Assembly (NCBI GenBank): GCA_028716825.1
Contig: JAQUPA010000001.1
Span: forward strand, 13,071-77,070
Source of the DNA: Minisyncoccota bacterium
GTDB taxonomy: Bacteria > Patescibacteriota > Minisyncoccia > Minisyncoccales > GCA-002788555
Length of the DNA stretch: 64,000 nucleotides
Reading direction: 5' to 3'
Shown here: in pieces, positions 18,960 to 29,538 of the stretch
Layout: each line of letters opens with the position of its first letter
How positions within the stretch are numbered: the first letter of the stretch is position 1
Notes under the pieces: generated by a model
What the model saw: the letters and a program-made list of their open reading frames with translations, nothing else
Databases searched by the model: none
What the model was told of the DNA's origin: nothing
Translations under genes and position numbers: made by a program

Positions 18960-20420
18960 TTATTTAATCCAAAATTTATTTTTGTCTTCTTGATCAACTT
19001 CAATTTTTTTCTCTTTCACTCTTTTTTCTTTAGCTTTTAGTTCTTTTTCATTAAGTTTTGCTAATTCTTTTGTTCGTTTTTTTAAGAATTCTTTTTTATT
19101 TTTCTTTGGATCGTCAAGCACTTCGGACAAAAGGGCATTTAAAACCAATCCTACTCTTGGTCCTGATTTTGTTTTAAGAATTTTCATTATTTCATTTCCG
19201 TTTATTTTTAACATTTGAACAGAAATTGGGTCTCGTGAGACCTTGGATACCATATATTCAAAATGACGCAACCTATATGGCCTTGCTTTTGGAACGCCAG
19301 AGCCTTTTCTATCAGTAATTCTTAACTGTACAAGTTCTTCCATGTTTTCCTTGCCTACTTTTTTGAGTAGTCTTCTTACGGAGGATTCTGTCACAACCTC
19401 GGGGTCGTAAAAAAACATATGATTTCTTATTAAAGTGCCTACCTTTTCTACGGTTTTTTTGGGGAACCTTAGTCTTTCTAAAATTCCCATTGCAATTTTT
19501 GCTCCAACAATATCATGGTTATAAAAAGTTGCATCCGGCCCCTCCCCGCTTTTTGTCTGGGGCTTTGCAATATCATGGAAAAGAGCTGCCAGCCTTACAT
19601 TTAAATTGTAATTGTATTTTACAGCATACTTTAGAGATAAAAGTGCGTGCTGGAAAATTGTATATATGTGATGGCGGTTCTGGGAAACTCCAAAACCTTT
19701 TTCAAGCTCAGGAATAATATATTTTAAAAGATTTGTTTTATGTAGGAGCATAAGGCCATCATAAGCATATTCAGACATTATAATTTTTTCAAATTCTTCT
19801 TTTATTCTTTCTTTTGATATTGCTTGTAACCATGGGGCGTTCTTTTTAATAGCGCTTAAGGTTTTTTGTTCTATTTTCCAATCAACACCAAGGGTTGTTG
19901 CAAACCTTACGGCGCGCAATAACCTTAATGCGTCTTCTGAAAATCTTTTTTTTGGCTCCCCCACTGCTTTTATAATTTTGTTTTTAAGGTCTTTCCGCCC
20001 TAAAAAAGGATCAGTAATTGTTATTTCTTTTTTCTTGCCATCTGTTAGCTTGAGCGCGATTGCATTTACCGTAAAATCACGTCTTGCAAGGTCTTCTTCT
20101 ATTGTTTTTGCCCAATTTACTTTATCTGGGTGTCTTTTGTCGGTATATTTTTCCTCGTTTCTATAAGTCGTAATTTCAACCTCAAAAATGTCTTTTTTAT
20201 TTGTAGGAATTTTTACGGTAACTGTTCCGAATTTATTTTTATAAAAGCTGTCTGGAAACACCTTTTGAATTTCTTTTGGGTTTGCGTTTGTTGCAACGTC
20301 CCAGTCTTTTGGGATAGCTTTCCTTAAAACGTCTCTAACACAGCCACCTACAATATAAGCTTCAAAATTAGCTTTCTTTAGGTTTTTTATTACTAATTTT
20401 ACTTCTTTTGGGATTTCCAT
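18960..20420 (-). CDS. cca: CCA tRNA nucleotidyltransferase with HD domain
   Basis: VGGCVRD..DWDVAT, DLARRDFT.NA, EDALRLLRAVRF, LFHDIAKP. Confidence 0.92.
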   Translation of the reverse strand: MEIPKEVKLVIKNLKKANFEAYIVGGCVRDVLRKAIPKDWDVATNANPKEIQKVFPDSFYKNKFGTVTVKIPTNKKDIFEVEITTYRNEEKYTDKRHPDKVNWAKTIEEDLARRDFTVNAIALKLTDGKKKEITITDPFLGRKDLKNKIIKAVGEPKKRFSEDALRLLRAVRFATTLGVDWKIEQKTLSAIKKNAPWLQAISKERIKEEFEKIIMSEYAYDGLMLLHKTNLLKYIIPELEKGFGVSQNRHHIYTIFQHALLSLKYAVKYNYNLNVRLAALFHDIAKPQTKSGEGPDATFYNHDIVGAKIAMGILERLRFPKKTVEKVGTLIRNHMFFYDPEVVTESSVRRLLKKVGKENMEELVQLRITDRKGSGVPKARPYRLRHFEYMVSKVSRDPISVQMLKINGNEIMKILKTKSGPRVGLVLNALLSEVLDDPKKNKKEFLKKRTKELAKLNEKELKAKEKRVKEKKIEVDQEDKNKFWIK

Positions 20421-20493
20421 AATTGTGAATTTTGAATAACGAATAATGAATTGCGCTTATTTTATTCTATCTTTTTGATGTTTAATTTTCAAA

Positions 20494-20536
20494 TGTTTCA
20501 CGTGAAACATTTGATAGTATTGTTTCACGTGAAACA
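20494..20536. promoter_or_regulatory. Two intergenic parS sites
   Basis: TGTTTCACGTGAAACA at 20494-20509 and 20521-20536. Confidence 0.92.
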
Positions 20537-20610
20537 ATCTTTGACTATTTTTTTAATTTTATTTAAAATTTTATCAGTGATGGTAGAATTTTGCGTTGTT
20601 GTTTATTTTT

Positions 20611-20682
20611 GCCCTCTTGGTATAATGGATAACACGCGACGCTTCGGACGTCGAGTTGGGGGTTCGAATCCCTCAGAGGGCA
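20611..20682 (+). tRNA. tRNA-Arg (anticodon TCG)
   Basis: Acceptor GCCCTCT/AGAGGGC, anticodon arm CGACG-CTTCGGA-CGTCG, T-loop TTCGAAT; CCA not encoded. Confidence 0.93.
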
Positions 20683-20699
20683 CGAGATAGCTAAAAATA

Positions 20700-20874
20700 G
20701 ATTAAAGGATGCGGGTTTCCCGAAATTGTCTGCGAGTGAAGGGAGTAATTACAATTTCGAGGATCCCGTTATCTCGAAATTTCCCCAAATAGATTTATTT
20801 ACAGACAAACGGGATCGCGAAAATCTAACTTCGCTCTACTTCAGAGATTTTCGGGACAAATCCTGCCGGGCGCA
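20700..20874 (+). pseudogene. tRNA 3'-half relic interrupted in the T-loop by a 139-nt palindromic insertion
   Basis: Removing 20718-20856 restores GCGGG-TTCAAAT-CCTGC-CGGGCGC-A; no intact 5' half. Confidence 0.65.
20718..20856. mobile_element. Miniature inverted-repeat element (TCCCGA...TCGGGA family) with a nested internal hairpin
   Basis: Ends TCCCGAAA / TTTCGGGA; internal stems cgaaattgt/acaatttcg, gatcccgtt/aacgggatc, cgaaaatct/agattttcg. Confidence 0.6.
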
Positions 20875-20888
20875 TAAAAATTAAAAAT

Positions 20889-21290
20889 ATGAAAAAAAAT
20901 TATAAATTATTTCTTTTAATATTTATTTTTATTATTTCTCCATTTATTATTCAGGCAGCTGGCTTGGTGCCTTGTGGTGGAGATGGTGAGCCTAGCTGTG
21001 GTCTTTGTCATCTCTTTGTAATGATAAGAAGCGTAATTGTATTCTTAACTGGAATTGCTGCTGTTGTGCTTGCAATAATGCTTATTGTTGGGGGAATTAT
21101 GTTTGTTACAGCACATGGGAATCCTGAATGGGTGACAAAAGCAAGAAAGACCATTACAGGAGCGATAATTGGTTTTCTGATAGTTATTATGTCTTGGATT
21201 ATTGTAAATTCGGTCATAACGTTTGCTACTGGCAGTGAGAATATATTTCAAAACATGGGTCCTTGGCATAAAATCCAATGTAATCCTTAA
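20889..21290 (+). CDS. CPR-type pilin (TrbC/VirB2-like)
   Basis: Signal peptide, GLVPCGG..CGLCHLF, IVGGIMFVTAHGNP..KARKTITGAIIG..SWIIVN. Confidence 0.82.
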   Translation: MKKNYKLFLLIFIFIISPFIIQAAGLVPCGGDGEPSCGLCHLFVMIRSVIVFLTGIAAVVLAIMLIVGGIMFVTAHGNPEWVTKARKTITGAIIGFLIVIMSWIIVNSVITFATGSENIFQNMGPWHKIQCNP

Positions 21291-21478
21291 GCCATTTAAA
21301 CTCTTCAAGATTTAGATTGTTTTTAGCGAATTTAATTTTTTAACGAATCTTTTTTATTAAACCAGGATGGTAATATTTTGATTTGAGTATTTGACCCTTG
21401 AAAAAAATAATTAAATTTTATATAAACAAGATACAGACAATATTTATTGTCTGTTTTTTTAACCAAGGATTGTATCCA

Positions 21479-21561
21479 TCCCGATTTTCTTTAAATTTAT
21501 GGTTTAGAAAATCGTGAATCCTCGAGTTCTTAATAAAATTAAAATTTTAACGAATTCGGGA
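21479..21561. mobile_element. Second TCCCGA...TCGGGA miniature element (opposite orientation), inside a tRNA 5' relic
   Basis: Two hairpins joined by CGTGAATCCTCG (reverse complement CGAGGATTCACG, compare CGAGGATC..GCG in the 20718 copy); the flanks rejoin as GTATCCA-TAGCTCAACTGG. Confidence 0.55.
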
Positions 21562-21575
21562 TAGCTCAACTGGCA

Positions 21576-21617
21576 CCTGCCCGCCAACGTCCTGATCCGT
21601 AGGTGATGGCAGGCGGG
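21576..21617. repeat. GC-rich palindromic mini-repeat
   Basis: CCTGCCCGCCA...TGGCAGGCGGG hairpin in an AT-rich intergenic region. Confidence 0.55.
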
Positions 21618-21638
21618 GGATAGGAGTCAGTTTAAATT

Positions 21639-21711
21639 GCCCCGTTAGCTCAATTGGTAGAGCAGATCCCTCTTAAGGATAAGGTTGAGCGTTCGAGTCG
21701 CTCACGGGGCA
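21639..21711 (+). tRNA. tRNA-Lys (anticodon CTT)
   Basis: Acceptor GCCCCGT/ACGGGGC, D arm GCTC/GAGC, anticodon loop CT-CTT-AA, T-loop TTCGAGT. Confidence 0.93.
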
Positions 21712-21768
21712 TAAATTTGACGGGATAAAAGTCTTGCCGGATGCAATAAAATTAATATTATTAAAAAT

Positions 21769-23073
21769 ATGGAAGAAATAGATTTAAAAACATTGTCGCT
21801 TGCGATAATGCAAATAGCAGAAGAAAAAGGCATTGCCAAAGACAAAGTAATTGAAGTTATAGAGACTGCCCTTGCTGCTGCCTATAAAAAAGAGTATGGC
21901 AAGAAAGAGGAAAAATATCATGCTAAGTTTGATAAGGACAGCGGAAAGGTGAATTTTTGTTTAGTAAAGAAAGTAGTTGATGATGATATGATTTTAGATG
22001 AAGATGAGGTTGAAGAAGAGGAAGAAGAAAAAACAGAAGAAAACGAAGAAAGAGAGCAAGATTTTGAAGAAGGGGAAGGAGAGAGGAAGGTTAAGTTCAA
22101 TGAATTTCGTCATATCAAAATAGAAGAAGCCGTAAAGACAAAAAAAGATGTAAAGCCGGGGGACGAAATAGAATTTCCTTTAAAAAAACCAGAAAGATTT
22201 GGCAGAATTGCAGCACAGACAGCAAAGCAAGTGCTTTTGCAGCGGATTAGAGAAGCGGAAAGGGAAGCGATATACTCTGAGTTTGATCAGAAAAAAGATG
22301 AAGTTATTTCTGGTATAATACAAAGAAAAGAAGGAGATCAGGTTTTTGTTGACGTCGGAAAGACTATCGCTTTTTTGCCCAGAGAAGAACAAATTCCGGG
22401 AGAGTTTTATAAAGTTGGAGCAAGAATGCGTTTTTATTGTATCGCTGTCAAAGAAACCCCAAGGGGCCCTGAAATTGCGATTTCACGATCGCACCCTAAA
22501 TTCTTATCAAAACTTTTTAAAATTGAAGTGCCTGAAATTACTTCTGATATAGTTGAAATTAAGGCCGTTGCAAGAGAAGCGGGTTCTCGTTCTAAAATTG
22601 CAGTTGCTGCAAGTGAGGAAGGCGTTGATCCAGTTGGAAGCTGCGTTGGTCAGCGCGGCACGAGAGTTAACGCTGTCATGCAGGAGCTTGGGAGGGAAAA
22701 AATTGATATTATTCCTTGGGATGAGAGACCTGAAAAGTTTATTGAAAATGCTTTATCTCCAGCAAAAATTATTAGCGTAAAAGTAAAAGGAAATAAGGCA
22801 GAGGTAAGAGTTCCAGAGGATCAAATATCTTTGGCTATTGGCAGAGACGGTCAAAACGTGAGGCTTGCAAGCGATCTTACTGGTTGGAAGATAGATGTGA
22901 AAACTATTGAAAAGGGCGAGGAAGAAGAAAAAGAAGAAAAAGAAGAAAAAAGAGACGAAGAAGAGAAAAAGGCAAAGAAAAATGTAGAAAAAGAAGATAA
23001 AAAAACAACCAAAAATTCAGCAAAAAATAAAAAGGCCAAAAAAGAAGAAAAAACTAAAGAAAATAAAAAATAA
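21769..23073 (+). CDS. nusA: Transcription termination/antitermination factor NusA
   Basis: FGRIAAQTAKQV, EVPEI, AREAGSRSKIAV, AIGRDGQNVRLAS; acidic insertion and charged tail. Confidence 0.97.
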   Translation: MEEIDLKTLSLAIMQIAEEKGIAKDKVIEVIETALAAAYKKEYGKKEEKYHAKFDKDSGKVNFCLVKKVVDDDMILDEDEVEEEEEEKTEENEEREQDFEEGEGERKVKFNEFRHIKIEEAVKTKKDVKPGDEIEFPLKKPERFGRIAAQTAKQVLLQRIREAEREAIYSEFDQKKDEVISGIIQRKEGDQVFVDVGKTIAFLPREEQIPGEFYKVGARMRFYCIAVKETPRGPEIAISRSHPKFLSKLFKIEVPEITSDIVEIKAVAREAGSRSKIAVAASEEGVDPVGSCVGQRGTRVNAVMQELGREKIDIIPWDERPEKFIENALSPAKIISVKVKGNKAEVRVPEDQISLAIGRDGQNVRLASDLTGWKIDVKTIEKGEEEEKEEKEEKRDEEEKKAKKNVEKEDKKTTKNSAKNKKAKKEEKTKENKK

Positions 23074-23096
23074 CTACGCATTTGAATGCGAAAAAC

Positions 23097-23582
23097 ATGG
23101 AAATAAAAGTTCTCGTAGAAATTCCAAAAGGTTCAAGGCAAAAATATGAATATGATGAAGAGCTTGGAGCAATAAAGTTAGATAGAACTCTTTATTCTGC
23201 GATGTATTTTCCATTTGAATATGGTTCAATTAAAGAAACTTTAGGGGAAGATGGGGATCCTTTAGATGTTGTTTTGATTTCTAGTTTTCCTACTTTTCCA
23301 GGGTGTATTGTCGAGTCAGAAGTTATAGGTTATTTAGAAATGGAGGATGAGGCAGGTATTGATACAAAAATTATTGCAGTGCCAAAAGAGAAAATCGACC
23401 CAAGAATCACAACAAGGAAGATCGAAGATGTCCCAGAGCATACAAAGAAAGAAATTAAAGAATTCTTTGAAAATTATAAAAATTTAGAACCAGAAAAATG
23501 GGTTAAATTGAAAGATTTTAAGTCAAAAGAAGGGGCCGAAAAGATGATTGAAGAGGCTCAGAAAAGATATAAGGGGAAATAA
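23097..23582 (+). CDS. ppa: Inorganic pyrophosphatase (family I)
   Basis: EIPKGSRQKYE, LDRTL, DGDPLDV, FFENYKNLE; ATG at 23097. Confidence 0.95.
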   Translation: MEIKVLVEIPKGSRQKYEYDEELGAIKLDRTLYSAMYFPFEYGSIKETLGEDGDPLDVVLISSFPTFPGCIVESEVIGYLEMEDEAGIDTKIIAVPKEKIDPRITTRKIEDVPEHTKKEIKEFFENYKNLEPEKWVKLKDFKSKEGAEKMIEEAQKRYKGK

Positions 23583-23593
23583 AAAAAGAAGGC

Positions 23594-23622
23594 TTGACAA
23601 TTAGTTTTAAAAATAATAAAAT
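23594..23622 (+). promoter_or_regulatory. Putative promoter of the 23S-5S unit
   Basis: TTGACA-N17-TAAAAT; boxA-like GAACTTTAAAAA at ~23754-23765. Confidence 0.65.
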
Positions 23623-23771
23623 AGAAAAGTAGAAAAAATGCAAAAGAATATGAGAATAAAGTTAGTTTTTAAAAGAAGCGGCTAGAAGACCAAGTTTTTT
23701 GGTTGAAGGCGCCGCTTCTGCGGCGTTTTTTAATTGAGAAGATTGACAGGAAAGAACTTTAAAAATTGAAT

Positions 23772-23827
23772 TTACCCTATTAAATCCCGCAAAGCGGGAG
23801 CGACAAAGTCGCTATTCAATAGGGTAA
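23772..23827. repeat. Short inverted-repeat element (family shared with 52506-52564)
   Basis: TTACCCTATTAAAT-CCCGC-AAA-GCGGGA...TATTCAATAGGGTAA. Confidence 0.6.
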
Positions 23828-23849
23828 GATAAGAATTTCTTTGGTGCGA

Positions 23850-26828
<2,979 letters not shown>

Positions 26829-26847
26829 TCGCACCAAAGAAGTTCTT

Positions 26848-26913
26848 ATTTCGAGCGAAGCGAGAAAATGCTTCAGCTCCATTTCGAGCGAAGCGAGAAA
26901 ATGCTTCAGCTCC
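26848..26913 (+). repeat. Perfect 33-bp tandem duplication in the 23S-5S spacer
   Basis: ATTTCGAGCGAAGCGAGAAAATGCTTCAGCTCC x2. Confidence 0.95.
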
Positions 26914-26941
26914 ATTTAACAAGGTAAATTTTGAGCTCATT

Positions 26942-27053
26942 ATCTTGGTGATAATACTGGGCGGGCAATACCTCTTTCCATCCCGAACAGAGAAGTTAAG
27001 TCGTCCAAGGCCGATGATATTGCTTTTGCGAGAAAGTAGGTCGTCGCCAAGAT
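26942..27053 (+). rRNA. rrf: 5S rRNA
   Basis: CCATCCCGAACAGAGAAGTTAAG, GCCGATGAT, GAAAGTAGGTCGTCGCCAAG; flanked by extended stem TTTGAGCTCATT/AATGAGCTCAAA. Confidence 0.93.
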
Positions 27054-27122
27054 AATGAGCTCAAAGAAGAAAACGCCTTTCAAAAAGGCGATTTTTTTTA
27101 TAAACTATAAGTTGTATCTTAT

Positions 27123-28850
27123 ATGAAGGACTACAAAGTAAAAACACAATTTAAAGAAATCCTAGAGCCAGAAGAGATATTACTCGATACCAAAGAAAGA
27201 AAAAATAAAGAAAAAGGTAAACTAGAGTTGCCGATACAAAATGGCGTTTTTTTTGTTGTTTTTTCTGTTTTTATATTGCTATTTTTATTATTACTTTTTA
27301 GGACCGTTTATTTTGTATCTGCAAAAGGAGAAGAGATGAGCGAGGCGGCAGTGGAAAATTATTTAAGGAAAGTTTACACAGAAGCACCAAGGGGCATTAT
27401 ATATTCTAAAGACAAAAAAGTGCTTGTTAAGAATGCTAAAGATGAAGAGGCAAAAAGTACAGAAAAAAAGAAAGAAAAAAAATATTATAGAAATTATATA
27501 GATAGTTTTTATTTCTCTTTTATTCTTGGTTATGAGAGAGAAGCAACAGAAGAAGATCTAAAAGGAGATACTGATTATTATGAACCAGGTGATTGGGTTG
27601 GGAAAGATGGAGTTGAAAAAGAGTATGAAAAATATCTACGGGGCAAAAAAGGCGTTAGAGAAAAAGTGGTGAACGCCAAAGGGAAAATTGTCTCAGACAA
27701 GGTCAAAAAAGAGCCAGAGATAGGGGATAGTCTTGTTTTAAACATAGATGCTGGACTTCAGAAAAAAATTTACAGAGAATTAAAGAGAAAATCTTCTGGC
27801 AATGATGCTGTAGGTATTGCCCTAAATCCTCAAAATGGAGCGGTTCTCGCGCTTGTTTCAATACCTTCAAATGACAATAATGTATTTTCAAAAAAATCAT
27901 TATCCGCAAGTTATCTTCGCAATCTTCAAAAGAGGGGGAGTATTTATAATATAAATAAAGCCATAAGCGGAAGATTTCCTTCGGGCTCAATTATAAAACC
28001 ATTAATTGCTTCCGCCGCCTTAGAGGAAGAAGTTGTATCTTCTCAGACAACAATTAACTGTACTGGCGAAGTTATAATTCCAAACCCTTGGTATCCAGAA
28101 AAACCCACAATAAAAAAAGACAACAAAACTCATGGTTTGACGGATTTAGAAAAAGCCATTGCAGAATCTTGTAATGTTTTTTTCTTCACAGTTGGAGGAG
28201 GTTATCAAGATATTAAGGGGCTTGGAATGTCAAAGATTAAAAAATATTTAGATTTATTTTATATAGAAGACGAATTGGGGATTGATTTACCGGGTGAAAT
28301 TGCTGGGTTTGTGCCTTCTAAAGATTGGTTTGAAAAAAAAATGAAAAAACAAATGCGCAGGAATTGGTCAATTTCTGATGTTTATGACGCTTCAATTGGC
28401 CAGGGATTTTTTTCCTCCCCTCCGCTTCATATGGCAGTTGCACTATCTGCAATTGCAAATGGTGGTAAAATTTATCAACCCCAAGTTGCAGATAAAATTG
28501 AAACTTCCAAAGGAAAAGTTTTAAAAGACATAAAGCCAAAAATTTTACAAAAAGACTTTATAAGTAAAGAAAATATCAAAATAGTGAAAGATGCAATGAA
28601 GTCTTGTGTTACCTCTTCTTCCGGTTCTTGCCGTCAGTTAAATTCTCTACCAGTATCTTCGGCTGGCAAAACGGGTACTGCAGAATCAGATAGGGGAGAC
28701 TTAACGCATGCTTGGTTTGTGTCTTTTGCTCCATATGAAAAACCTGAAATTTTCCTTTTAATTTTTGTTGAATACGGCGGCGGAGGCTCTGATGTTGCAG
28801 AACCTATCGCGAGAGAGGTTTTGGAATGGTATTTTAAAGATAAGAAATAA
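27123..28850 (+). CDS. mrdA: Class B penicillin-binding protein (PBP2-like)
   Basis: N-terminal TM, APRGIIY, GKDGVEKEYE, SIIK (SxxK), SCN (SxN), KTG. Confidence 0.9.
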   Translation: MKDYKVKTQFKEILEPEEILLDTKERKNKEKGKLELPIQNGVFFVVFSVFILLFLLLLFRTVYFVSAKGEEMSEAAVENYLRKVYTEAPRGIIYSKDKKVLVKNAKDEEAKSTEKKKEKKYYRNYIDSFYFSFILGYEREATEEDLKGDTDYYEPGDWVGKDGVEKEYEKYLRGKKGVREKVVNAKGKIVSDKVKKEPEIGDSLVLNIDAGLQKKIYRELKRKSSGNDAVGIALNPQNGAVLALVSIPSNDNNVFSKKSLSASYLRNLQKRGSIYNINKAISGRFPSGSIIKPLIASAALEEEVVSSQTTINCTGEVIIPNPWYPEKPTIKKDNKTHGLTDLEKAIAESCNVFFFTVGGGYQDIKGLGMSKIKKYLDLFYIEDELGIDLPGEIAGFVPSKDWFEKKMKKQMRRNWSISDVYDASIGQGFFSSPPLHMAVALSAIANGGKIYQPQVADKIETSKGKVLKDIKPKILQKDFISKENIKIVKDAMKSCVTSSSGSCRQLNSLPVSSAGKTGTAESDRGDLTHAWFVSFAPYEKPEIFLLIFVEYGGGGSDVAEPIAREVLEWYFKDKK

Positions 28851-28869
28851 TAATTAAATATAAATAATG

Positions 28870-28897
28870 TTAAGACTTCTCTTATGAGAAGTCTTAA
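28870..28897. terminator. Terminator-like hairpin after PBP2
   Basis: TTAAGACTTCTC-TTAT-GAGAAGTCTTAA. Confidence 0.7.
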
Positions 28898-28913
28898 TTT
28901 AACCTTTAAACCA

Positions 28914-28943
28914 TTGACAAAAATATATATGATATGTTATAAT
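28914..28943 (+). promoter_or_regulatory. Consensus sigma70-type promoter
   Basis: TTGACA 28914-28919 and TGnTATAAT ending at 28943. Confidence 0.75.
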
Positions 28944-28949
28944 ATAGAT

Positions 28950-29437
28950 GGAAAGGATAAAGATAGCACATTAAGATAAAAAGTGAGGGGAAAGGTTAGA
29001 TTGCGATCTCTTCGGACCAAATGCTTACAAAAGGTTAGCTCACAAAAGCTTTCCGGGTGGCAAAGGTCTGAGGAGGTCGCAACCACTTTTTCTCTCATTC
29101 GAAACATTGAGGCTATTTCCCCTGGGTCTTCGGACCTACATGGATGGCCACGGAGAGGACGAATTCTTTCGTCCTCTCCCACCTATTTGAATTTGTTAAT
29201 AATATTAGTAACTTCAAATAGGTGAACGAAAGGAGGTGAAAATTGGATAATAAAAAACAAGCAACAAAAGGACGCAAAATTTATCTTTCGGCTTCATGTG
29301 AGGTATGTACTTCCCTCGAGGAAGCAAAGGCTCTCACAGAGGGCCGAAAGTAAACATACAAGGCGAGGCTATGGTAGTATTACCTAGCCTCCCTATCTCT
29401 GAATTTTTCACTTTAAAGTTGAAAATTCAGAAATAGG
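28950..29437 (+). ncRNA. Candidate structured non-coding RNA (unassigned family), possibly containing a 36-codon sORF
   Basis: Seven consecutive stem-loops downstream of a consensus promoter; no long ORF with a recognisable product. Confidence 0.5.
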
Positions 29438-29538
29438 TAATGTTGTTGACAAAGTTATCTTTATTTCGTATAATAGTAAATGTAAAAGAATATTTAATAA
29501 AGTATTCAAAAAAGGTCAAAATAAAAAAAACCAAAAAA

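Noticed and set aside
19228-19243. Partial palindrome TCTCGTGAGA in cca (similar TTCACGTGAG near 35068) as extra parS sites
   Set aside because: Too many mismatches to the 16-bp consensus seen four times nearby
20451-20690. 79-aa ORF containing FHVK twice
   Set aside because: Artefact of reading through two parS palindromes and tRNA-Arg
26848-26913. 33-bp direct repeat as a possible CRISPR array
   Set aside because: Two abutting copies with no spacer and no cas genes; a simple tandem duplication
29255-29360. GGACGCAAAA as a c-di-GMP-I riboswitch, or AGGAAGCA as SRP RNA
   Set aside because: The GNRA-capped stem required before GACGCAAA and the SRP CAGG/GNRA helix are both missing
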